Positions 20,899 to 29,640 of a stretch of 64,000 nucleotides of DNA are shown here, in pieces. The DNA is from an uncultured delta proteobacterium (GTDB lineage Bacteria > Desulfobacterota > Syntrophobacteria > Syntrophobacterales > Syntrophobacteraceae), in assembly GCA_963808625.1 (NCBI GenBank), contig CAWEHK010000019.1, positions 41,245 to 105,244 on the forward strand. Reading direction: 5' to 3'. Each line of letters opens with the position of its first letter. Within the stretch, counting starts at the first letter, position 1. The notes beneath the pieces are model-generated. The model did not search any database. It saw nothing but the letters and a program-made list of their open reading frames with translations, and had not been told where the DNA came from. The position numbers and the translations under genes were made by a program.

Positions 20899-22314
20899 AA
20901 TGGATGGCGTTTGCCCCTGAACTATACTGCCTTTTGGCGAGCGCTCTGGTTCCTCGTGCTGTCGCTGACGGCCGGCCCGATCCGAAGCGGGAACACCGGA
21001 CCGCGCTCTTTCTGGCGTTACTGGGAGTGATCGTTAGCCTGGCTGCGGTCGGGGCGGACGGCTATCTCTTCGAAAAGGCTTACCGCGTGGACTTGTTCTC
21101 GCAGATTTTCAAGGTAATGCTCTCCACGGGGCTCTTTCTGATCACCTGCATGTGCGGGAAACTCACCGACATCAGGGACCGCGCACCGCCATGAATTCTA
21201 TACTTTGCTCTTTGTCTGCACCCTGGCGATGATGCTGCTGGTCAGCGGGAACCATCTTCTCACCATTTACGTCTCCCTGGAGCTCTCCAGTTATTCCCTG
21301 TATGTCCTGGTTGCCCTGAGAAGAGAGCAGGATTTTGGGCTTGAAGCGGGCATCAAATATTTCCTGGTCGGCATCTTTGCCTCGGCGGTGATGATCTTCG
21401 GGCTTGCCCTCCTTTACGCTGCGGTGGGGACCGCCTATCTCGATGAAATCACGAGGGTGCTGCCGGGAATCATCAGCCAGCCGGCGGTCATTCTCGGCCT
21501 GCTGCTCACCCTCAGCGGGTTCTTCTTCAAACTGGCCGTCTTTCCTTTCCATATCTGGGCCCCGGATGTCTACCAGGGGGCGATGAACCAGATTGCCGCC
21601 TATATCGCCACGGCGTCCAAGGTGGCAGCCATCGCCGTGCTCGTCCGCGTGATTGCTTCCGCGGGGGAAGGCAGCACCTACCTGGTTCAGGTCCTGGCGG
21701 TGCTGTCGATCATTTCGATGACCGTGGGCAACCTGGCGGCCATTGCGCAGCAGGATTTGAAGAGGCTGCTGGCCTATTCGACCATTGCCCATGCCGGTTA
21801 TGTGCTGATCGGGATCTTGAGCCTGAACGCCGCCGGGTATGCCGGAGCGATGTTTTATGCCATGGCGGTGCTGGTCATGAAGTTTGCCGTCTTTCTGGTT
21901 GTGGTGGAGGTCGCTCAGGACGGTCGGAACGTTCAGATCGAACAGCTTGCCGGGCTGCACCGCCGCTCGCCGATTCTGGCACTGGCGCTGATGGTGTCGC
22001 TCTTCAGTCTTGCCGGCATCCCCCCCACGGTCGGCTTTACCGGGAAATTTCTGGTTTTTCTGGCAGCTATGGAAAGAGGTTACTTTAGCCTGGTGCTCAT
22101 TGCCATGATCAACGTCGTCATTTCCCTTTATTATTATCTCCTTGTCATCAAGGCGGCCTACCTGCTCGAACCCGAAGAAGCATTGCCTCCCCTTCGCGTA
22201 TCGCCTTCCATCCAATTGCTTTCCGGACTGCTCATTGCGGTGATGATCGTCGCCGGTCTGTTTCCCAGCTATCTCATCGAACTTGCCGAAGCCGCCGCGC
22301 GGGGTTTGGGATAA
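20895..22314 (+). CDS. nuoN: NADH-quinone oxidoreductase subunit N (5' frameshifts)
   Basis: LELSSY, EAGIKYF, FKLAVFPFHIWAPDVYQGA, KRLLAYSTIAHAGY, SLAGIPP..GF.GKF. Confidence 0.93.
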
Positions 22315-22582
22315 TTATTTTTGACTTTCCGGGTCGTTCGGCAGGAATCGCATGTCATTTCTGAAGATGCCAGGAAATAAGAGGAGATTGCTTGCCTCCG
22401 TTACGTGCGCACAACTGACGCACAGGGGGCAATATCCACAACGCACAAACTGTTGCCGCTGCCCTGCATAGGGGAAGCGGTGGTAAAGTGGAGGAAACTT
22501 CTATCGAACGCCTCAAGAAGGACGGGGCAATTGGTAAAGACCCCGGCAGATTGATCATGATCAAAACCGCACACCGCGGATT

Positions 22583-23224
22583 TCATTCAAACTTGCTCTG
22601 ATCCTTCCCGTACTCTGGATGATAAGGTCCTGCGGGCAAGCCAGATGGCGGGAGAAAGACCAAAACGTTTGCTTCCTGCGCCAGGGGTTTGTAGGTAGTG
22701 ATCAAGGCATGCACGGCAGCCTCGACCAACATGCCGATCAAGCCACCGCCACCGCTGCCGGACGATTTGACGATATGCTGGGTGCGTTGCCACAAGATCG
22801 TGCCAGTGCGAGTGTCTTTCAGCACATATTCCGCCTTTACCTGGATGGACGACGATAGCACCACATATGTAGTGCTCCACTCCTTAATCGTCACCAGTAG
22901 CACGGCATCTGCCCCGAAGAGATCCAAGAACCTCTGGCTTGGCATCTGGTGGATGTGTCCTGCCTCGCTCAAACCCAAGTCGCGCAACAGCATCTCAGTC
23001 AGAAAGATGGGGAAAACGTAATAGCCACGCTCAGCTAGAGGAATGCTCAGGGACGGCGAGAAGACGACGGGCGCGGTGATTTCCGGCGAATCATTGACCA
23101 CTGGTACGATCACAATGGAGCGTGGTGGATGAGCACGGAAGGCTGTAAGATCGGCCTTCTGGGAAACCGCGCAGCCAGACAGGAGGACTGAGAGGGCAAG
23201 GGTGCAGAGCATTCTTTTCTTCAT
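22583..23224 (-). CDS. DUF799/GNA1162-family lipoprotein
   Basis: Lipobox LSGC; PRSIVIVP, LAERGYYVFP, FGADAVL, GLPAGPY. Confidence 0.85.
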   Translation of the reverse strand: MKKRMLCTLALSVLLSGCAVSQKADLTAFRAHPPRSIVIVPVVNDSPEITAPVVFSPSLSIPLAERGYYVFPIFLTEMLLRDLGLSEAGHIHQMPSQRFLDLFGADAVLLVTIKEWSTTYVVLSSSIQVKAEYVLKDTRTGTILWQRTQHIVKSSGSGGGGLIGMLVEAAVHALITTYKPLAQEANVLVFLPPSGLPAGPYHPEYGKDQSKFE

Positions 23225-23658
23225 GGTTCTCCTCCTTCCGTTTCCAATGGCGCTGGCTCGGCTTCCGGCGATGTCTTTTTCTTGATGCGGTCAATCAGCC
23301 TATCCATTAGAATAGTCGATTCAGGAAAGGCTCGTTTTTCCTTTTCGAAAAAAGCCAGCGCACCGGCAGTGTCACCGCGACGAAATAACAGAAAACCATA
23401 ATCAGCGTAAACACCAGGAGGAACGCGCTGGCTGCCGCCATAAGCAGCCATCTGTTCGCGCACCATTTGCTCAGCCTGAGCCGAATCCTCCCTTTCGTAA
23501 CGTTGTTCCAGGCTGCCCTGATAGCGCCCCCAATCATAGAGTTGCGATGACGTGGCGCAGCCGGATAACAGTGCGATGCCAAGCAGAAGACAGGCGTACC
23601 GAGTGATACCTGGCTTGCACCAACCTCGTTGGTCTGGCGATAATTCCCGGCTCTTCAT
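23221..23658 (-). CDS. DUF4810-family lipoprotein
   Basis: Lipobox LSGC; LYDWG.Y, VPPG..A..G.L, FE.EK..FPES. Confidence 0.82.
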   Translation of the reverse strand: MKSRELSPDQRGWCKPGITRYACLLLGIALLSGCATSSQLYDWGRYQGSLEQRYEREDSAQAEQMVREQMAAYGGSQRVPPGVYADYGFLLFRRGDTAGALAFFEKEKRAFPESTILMDRLIDRIKKKTSPEAEPAPLETEGGEP

Positions 23659-23681
23659 GATGTCATCCTTTAAAGTTGAAG

Positions 23682-24380
23682 CTACCTGAGAGAAGAACGT
23701 CGCGCGTCGAGCGTGTTAACTACATTGTTCAACAGGTTTACGATGGCTGCATCGATTGCTTTGCCCTCAAGGGTTGAATCAAAGCCCGCGGTGCCGCCAA
23801 AGCCGAGCGTGGCACTGGCGCTGATAGTGGCTTCGCCGCTGCCTTCCTGGGTGTAGAAAACCTCTCCGGTTTTGGGATCGACCAACCGCAACACCACGCG
23901 AGCTCGGGCGCGCTGGGTCTTCTGCTTGCCCAGCAGCCAGACCCCGCCAGTGGTTTCTCTCCCCAGTTCGGCTACGGAACCCAGGATCAAGGCATCCAAG
24001 CTTTTCAAGCTTTGCTTAAACTGTTTCTCAGTTTCCCCCATGAGCGCAGACTCTGCACGCAGTTTGGAGATATCCGGACGTTCCACCACGGTGAACCGCT
24101 GGGTGGCAATCAAATGCCGGGCCAGTATATCACTGGCTTGTTTGCCGATGCGATCGCCTGACTCATCGGTAAACAACCCGCTACCGTAGACCGATTCGTT
24201 GGTGAAGCGCCCAATCCCAATAGTCATGCGTTCCGATGCTGGCAAAGGCGCGACCATCACTTGAGGTCCTCGGTCATCGACGTTCTCGTGAATGGCACGG
24301 TTGACGCAGCTTGCTGTGAGCAAAGCCGCACCCAACGCAAGCGTAACAACAAAGGTCGTTTGGCGTAGTTTGAGTCTCAT
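23682..24380 (-). CDS. CsgG/HfaB-family lipoprotein
   Basis: Lipobox; IGRFTNES.YG, IGKQASDIL, RFTVVER.D, GSGEA, LGFGG.AG.DSTL..KAI. Confidence 0.88.
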   Translation of the reverse strand: MRLKLRQTTFVVTLALGAALLTASCVNRAIHENVDDRGPQVMVAPLPASERMTIGIGRFTNESVYGSGLFTDESGDRIGKQASDILARHLIATQRFTVVERPDISKLRAESALMGETEKQFKQSLKSLDALILGSVAELGRETTGGVWLLGKQKTQRARARVVLRLVDPKTGEVFYTQEGSGEATISASATLGFGGTAGFDSTLEGKAIDAAIVNLLNNVVNTLDARRSSLR

Positions 24381-24559
24381 GGAAGACCTCCCTGAGGGGC
24401 ATTCAGGTGATTGAACTATCAGGGGGATAAGGCAGTAGCTCCATCCCCTGGATAAGGCTCTTGCGAACAGTGAGTATTTAATACCACATATTTATCGTTA
24501 TTCACAACTTATAAATCGTTCCAAGTCCCATCGAAATCACCATGACCTCATCCCATGCG

Positions 24560-24997
24560 CCGTGGCAATCACACGTCATTTGACTGAACAAAGATAAACC
24601 GTGCCAGGCTGTCTTGGTGAATTAGATCCCGAGGAGCAACAGCACATGGAAGAAGCTATTGGCATTTCGGTAAAGGGCCATTTTTCATCGCTTTCCGACC
24701 CACGGATTTTGCTCAAGACCCGTCATCGACTCGTAGATGTGATCGAGACCGCCTCAGGATACTTTTGGTCAACTCTTCGCACTCATCAATCCCGAGGAAT
24801 TCGGCAAATGTTTTTGAGCTGGAGTCGCAGCATGCTGCCGAAAACCTGGCTATGATCCGCTGGTTTGCCCTAAGTCTCATCAAGCAGGGTCCGATAAGAA
24901 ATATTGACCTAAAGGCCAGCCGAAAACGAGGTGGTCGGAACAATGATTATCTGCTGCATCGGCTGCAGCTCGCCTGGTTTTCGTGCGATTGCCCTGG
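24560..24997 (+). mobile_element. Internally deleted ISAs1-family element
   Basis: Imperfect TIRs CCGTGGCAATCACAC / GTGCGATTGCCCTGG. Encodes ISAs1 N-terminus (HFSSLSDPR...HRLVDVI) and C-terminus (AAENLAMIR.FALSL...RKR...NDYL) but no DDE core. Confidence 0.75.
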
Positions 24998-25197
24998 GTA
25001 AGGTTTGAAAGAGTCTTGTTGATATAAACTCTAACGGTTATAAAGATCACGTGTTCCGTCGGTTATCAGCCGCTCGAGTACAAGTCTCTGTCATCGATTT
25101 CCCCGCTCCGGATCCATCTTTCCAGGCCCAAGGCGGCACTGCGGCACCCTCGCACAGTCATCAAGCAATGGCCACAGGTTCAAAGGAGGAAACAGCG

Positions 25198-27411
25198 ATG
25201 AAGTCAAGGTCAGTTTACTGTTCGTTGCAGGCACTGCTTGTCGTGAGCTTGATCGCGATGCCGGCGGCTTTTGCAGAGGCCGTGACGCTACCCTCCATCA
25301 ACTCCACCAGCCAGAACCGGACGGATCTGCCGGCGACTCCGGTGGCGAAGAGTCCCTTCGTCAGTCTCAAGAACTTCCGGATCATAGCCGCCAACGACCT
25401 GGGGATGCACTGTGGCGACCTGGATTATCGCGTAGCGGCCATTTTGCCTCCGTTCAATGTTATCCACTCCCAGGTCATCATCACCAATCCAGGCCCAAGG
25501 ACCCTTAACGGGGGTGAGGCCGATGTCTATTATTCAGCCGCTTCGAACCCCAAAGACCCGGCCCTGCAAAAGCCCACAGATGCGCCGGTCTACAAGACGA
25601 ATTTCTGGGACGATAACCTGTTCACCGGCACCGGCCACCCCCTTGCCTTCGATGCCTATGACGCCTTCTATCCTGCGGGTGTCCTGGGCCTTTTCCCGCT
25701 CACGTTCGACCTTGGATTGCCGGTACCCGACCTGGAAAGGCTCTACCTGGGGGACAAACAGCTGGCGGCTGACCAGCAGGCCATGCCCAGCGTGAAAAAA
25801 GTCAATCCACCCGCAAGCAACCCCTACATCGACAACCGCTTGCAGAAGTTCCAGCGGTTTATCACCAACTACCCGTTTTTCCTTAAATTTGCCTTTGGTA
25901 TGACACTCCCGGAGCGCAACTGGTTTGCGGCGGAGGGGATCCCGATCGCACCCTTTGATGATTTTGGCAGGGCAAATCCCTATCCGCTCCTGCGCATCCA
26001 GGCCAAAGACAAAACCGGCAAGCTGACCGGCATCAGGGGGCAGATTCTCTCGTCCGTAGACACGGTGGCGCCCGTGTCGGCAGAAGCCAATTGCTGGCGG
26101 TGCCACACCCCTACCAATGCCAGGGACAACAGCAACGGACAGGCGGCGTGTCTTCCGGGTATTGACCTCAACTGTCCCCATGAGGGTTCACCGTCAAACC
26201 GCTCGGGGGTGGCTTTTACGGTGACCCAAGCCAAGGACGACGCGCCCGATGTCCCTTATGCCGTGAGCCGGGAGTGGGCAGCGGATTGGAACATCCTGCG
26301 GCTCCACGATGCAAAACACGGCACCACCCTGGCTGATGCCCCTCCGGTCGCCTGCCAGCGCTGCCACTACTCGCCGGCCCTGGACTTGGCTCAGCTGGGA
26401 CCGGTCGGCCCGGGACCGGATGCCAATGGCAAAGAACAGACGATCCATCGCACGAATTCGAGAGTGGTGCATGCTTTCCACGGAAACCTGGATCTTTTCG
26501 ACTATCCCATGCCGAAGCCGACCAGCCCTAACCGGACGAATCCCAAAACCGGCAAACCCGTAATCAACGTCTTTGTGACGAACATCCTGAATGAGACCTG
26601 TTATCAGTGTCACCCCGGCAAAGAGACGCGCTGCCTTCGCGGAGCCATGTTCAACGGTGGTCTGGTGTGCCAGGACTGCCACGGCAACATGAAGCAGGGG
26701 GGCGATGACTTCTCTTCAAACTTCCCGGTAGTGCCGTTTCCCAACGGAGCTGATTTGACCAAGCGCATCCCGTGGGCCAACGAGCCCGGCTGCCAGTCCT
26801 GTCACACCGGCGATGCTTTGACCACTATCGCCCAGTCCGACCCCTATGTGATCCCGGCTAAGGACGGTATTCGCCTCCTCCAGGCATACCGAACCAGCGA
26901 CGCTTCGGCCACTCCCATTTCGGTGCCGACCAGCCGCTTTGCGGAAAATCAGGTTGATGGCAAACACGTGCTCTATCGCCTGAGCAAGGACAGCCATGCC
27001 GGGATCTTCTGCGAGGGCTGCCACGGGAGTACCCATGCCGAGTGGCCGGTGAAGCCTTCATCGGGGAGCCTGATCGCCAATGACAACCAACCGGCCATCA
27101 AGATTCAGGGACACGCCGGCAAAATCATTGAGTGCACCGCGTGTCATCAGGCCGGGACCCTTCCCGTAAACCTCAACGGCCCTCACGGCATGCACGCGGT
27201 CAATGACGGAAAGTGGGTGCAAGGCCACGAAGACTTCCTCGAGAAACAACCACTGACCAGTTGCCAGACCTGTCATGGGAAGAAGGGTGAGGGGACCGTG
27301 CTGGGCAAGGCCGCTGCCGCCAGGAGTTTTTCCGTAGAAGGGAAAATCGTGAGAATTTCCAATGGTCAGTTGGTGAAATGCACCCTTTGCCATAGCAATC
27401 CCATAAAATAG
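25198..27411 (+). CDS. Secreted multiheme cytochrome c (9 CxxCH)
   Basis: RBS AAAGGAGG, signal peptide, ANDLGMHC motif. CWRCH, CQRCH, CYQCH, CQDCH, CQSCH, CEGCH, CTACH, CQTCH, CTLCH. Confidence 0.9.
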   Translation: MKSRSVYCSLQALLVVSLIAMPAAFAEAVTLPSINSTSQNRTDLPATPVAKSPFVSLKNFRIIAANDLGMHCGDLDYRVAAILPPFNVIHSQVIITNPGPRTLNGGEADVYYSAASNPKDPALQKPTDAPVYKTNFWDDNLFTGTGHPLAFDAYDAFYPAGVLGLFPLTFDLGLPVPDLERLYLGDKQLAADQQAMPSVKKVNPPASNPYIDNRLQKFQRFITNYPFFLKFAFGMTLPERNWFAAEGIPIAPFDDFGRANPYPLLRIQAKDKTGKLTGIRGQILSSVDTVAPVSAEANCWRCHTPTNARDNSNGQAACLPGIDLNCPHEGSPSNRSGVAFTVTQAKDDAPDVPYAVSREWAADWNILRLHDAKHGTTLADAPPVACQRCHYSPALDLAQLGPVGPGPDANGKEQTIHRTNSRVVHAFHGNLDLFDYPMPKPTSPNRTNPKTGKPVINVFVTNILNETCYQCHPGKETRCLRGAMFNGGLVCQDCHGNMKQGGDDFSSNFPVVPFPNGADLTKRIPWANEPGCQSCHTGDALTTIAQSDPYVIPAKDGIRLLQAYRTSDASATPISVPTSRFAENQVDGKHVLYRLSKDSHAGIFCEGCHGSTHAEWPVKPSSGSLIANDNQPAIKIQGHAGKIIECTACHQAGTLPVNLNGPHGMHAVNDGKWVQGHEDFLEKQPLTSCQTCHGKKGEGTVLGKAAAARSFSVEGKIVRISNGQLVKCTLCHSNPIK

Positions 27412-27592
27412 GCTATTGCGGAAAACCATATCGGCGCGGGGGTACTTTAGATGATCGCCGTCTTTACAGCCTGTGATCTCTCTCTGGAGCCGCGTCTTTT
27501 TTGACGGGAAAAACAGAAGCACGCCATTTGCCAGTTGCATAAATGTCCGAGGATAGAGTGAGCAGTTCTTTCGCTCAGGGTGTAATCTCGCA

Positions 27593-28162
27593 GTGACTCT
27601 GGAAAGGTACCGCAAGAAACGGGACTTCATGCGAACCGCCGAGCCGCCGGGAACCGCGGAACTTGCCCCACAGGGGGAGCAGGAGCTGCGTCGTTACGTC
27701 GTCCAAAAACACCACGCCCGCACCCTCCATTATGATCTCCGCCTGGAGGAGGATGGTGTTCTGAAGAGTTGGGCGGTCCCGAAGGGGCCGAGCCTCGACC
27801 CGGCGGACAAGCGGCTCGCGGTGGAGGTGGAGGACCATCCCCTGGAATACGGCGACTTCGAGGGGACGATCCCCGAGGGGGAGTACGGCGCCGGACGGGT
27901 CATCGTCTGGGACCGGGGTACGTTTGTCCCGGCGGGGGGCAGCGAGTCCTTCGGGGAAATGCTGGTCAAGGGAGCCGCCAAAATCCGGATTTCCGGGGAA
28001 AAGCTGAAGGGCGGTTTTGCCCTCGTGCGGACGCGCTGGGGCGGCAAGGGGAACAACTGGCTCTTCATCAAGGAACGGGACGAACATGCCCGCCCCGGCT
28101 GCGACGTGACGGCAGCGGAACCCCTTTCGGTCCTCTCCGGAAGGGATGTCGACGAGCTGTAA
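27593..28162 (+). CDS. Stand-alone LigD 3'-phosphoesterase domain protein
   Basis: LERYRKKRDF..T.EP, VVQKH.AR.LHYDLRLE, LKSWAVPKGPS, EDHPLEY.DFEG.IP, W.FIKE.D. Confidence 0.92.
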   Translation: MTLERYRKKRDFMRTAEPPGTAELAPQGEQELRRYVVQKHHARTLHYDLRLEEDGVLKSWAVPKGPSLDPADKRLAVEVEDHPLEYGDFEGTIPEGEYGAGRVIVWDRGTFVPAGGSESFGEMLVKGAAKIRISGEKLKGGFALVRTRWGGKGNNWLFIKERDEHARPGCDVTAAEPLSVLSGRDVDEL

Positions 28163-28294
28163 GCACTTCGATAAGGCTGAGCTGTGTCATGAAATACATT
28201 CTGCCGAAAACTCAAGCATGACCAAGCTTAACATTATAGTCTCTGCGATTTATACTTGTTTTGGCTGAGATCCTTCATTTTGGTAAACTTAGGA

Positions 28295-28383
28295 ATTCAC
28301 CGCAGAGGACGCTGAGATCGCAGAGAAATCTAATGATTCCTGAGCGTAGTTTCTCCGCGTACTCTGCGCTCTCCGCGGTGAAT
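28295..28383. repeat. Inverted repeat with 9-bp periodic arms (CACCGCAGAG type), no ORF
   Basis: ATTCACCGCAGAGGACGCTGAGATCGCAGAG ... CTCCGCGTACTCTGCGCTCTCCGCGGTGAAT. Confidence 0.75.
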
Positions 28384-28441
28384 AAAGAAACAACTCATCC
28401 TTAACCGCTATAGTTCAGAATTGCTCGAATATTTCATCGGG

Positions 28442-29119
28442 CTATATGGTTTCGGACTCGTTGATTGCTCCTTCGGGGCAGGCCAGGACGCAATTGCCAC
28501 ACTCGTCACAACGCTCTCCGATAATGCGGTAAGGACTTCCAGGCTCGATGGCCTTAAAGCTGCAGACTTCCATGCAGGCCCCGCAGCCAGTGCAATCCTC
28601 CGTGATCGTGCAGCCGGCTTCATGGTAGACTTCCCCGCCGAAGGAAAAACGCTTGCGCTGCAGCTTGTAATCACGGCTTTGCATTTCAAAATCATAATCG
28701 AATATTTCGCCCTTGCCGCGGTAAAGGCAAAACACGCGTATCGCCGGGTAGCGGGAAATATCATAGACCGCGAACCTGAAACCTTCATAACCCGCATCAG
28801 CCTTTTCTTTGACCGCATCGTAGGTGATTTCTCGAACCTCGCCGGTGATGCGCAAGGTAAACCCCGGTAGCATGAGCGGCATGCCGTGTTCATCCTTGCT
28901 TGCGACTGCCCCTGAAGGAAAAATACCGCACACGGCCAGCTCGGCGCTCTTCGTCAATTGGCGGTAGAATGGTTTCGTATTCATAGTCAAGAAATACAGG
29001 CCGTCATCATCGTAACTGAAAAAACGGGCAATCCGTGAATGAATAGTCCCACCGTCCAGGGTGGAAAAACTGAGACAGCCGATTTTCTCAATTGCTTCGA
29101 AAATATCTTGTATATTCAT
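28442..29119 (-). CDS. Pyridoxamine-5'-phosphate-oxidase-like FMN-binding domain + 2x[4Fe-4S] ferredoxin protein
   Basis: SFSTL..G..HSRI, GLYFLTM..KPFYRQL; C-terminal CTGCGACMEVC and CDECGNCVLACP. Confidence 0.8.
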   Translation of the reverse strand: MNIQDIFEAIEKIGCLSFSTLDGGTIHSRIARFFSYDDDGLYFLTMNTKPFYRQLTKSAELAVCGIFPSGAVASKDEHGMPLMLPGFTLRITGEVREITYDAVKEKADAGYEGFRFAVYDISRYPAIRVFCLYRGKGEIFDYDFEMQSRDYKLQRKRFSFGGEVYHEAGCTITEDCTGCGACMEVCSFKAIEPGSPYRIIGERCDECGNCVLACPEGAINESETI

Positions 29120-29234
29120 AAGATTGGCTCCTTGTTCCATCTTTGCCCAAGATCGGTCAGAGTTCCTTCGACCATCTCCATCGATGCCGTGTTGCGCTGC
29201 GCCACCCGTACTGATGCGCTTGAGCTGAAAAGCC

Positions 29235-29267
29235 AAAAAGAAAGGCAGAGCCATTGCTGACCCTGCC
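29235..29267 (-). terminator. Intrinsic terminator-like hairpin in the 5' region of the FMN/ferredoxin gene
   Basis: Minus strand GGCAGGGTCA-GCAA-TGGCTCTGCC followed by TTTCTTTTT. Confidence 0.55.
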
Positions 29268-29543
29268 CGCTGCAAAAGGTATGGTGTGTAAGACTGGCAA
29301 CATTAAGAACTGGACTAGGTTAAAAAAAAGTTAAAAATACGCAAAGTGTAATCTGGCTTCAGGCATGGCTTATTGACTCATCCCCGCGGCAAAAAGCATC
29401 ATGATAAAGAAAATTGGTTGCAGAAAGAGATCACAACCCTCCTCGACCCCAAGTCGATAACTTTGGGATGACCTCTTGAGAAATTCCGTGAGCCTAATAC
29501 CAAACGCTCTTGGGTGTTGTGCGCTTTCCGGGCTTTGCATCGC

Positions 29544-29604
29544 TGTGGGGCAGGCTTTCCAGTCTGCCATGACTGAATTGGCAGGCTGAAAAGCCTGCCC
29601 CACA
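29544..29604. repeat. GTGG-type REP doublet
   Basis: TGTGGGGCAGGCTTTCCAGTCTGCC ... GGCAGGCTGAAAAGCCTGCCCCACA. Confidence 0.75.
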
Positions 29605-29640
29605 AATTGGAATAGGGCAGGGTTGTTTTTGGACTGCGCC

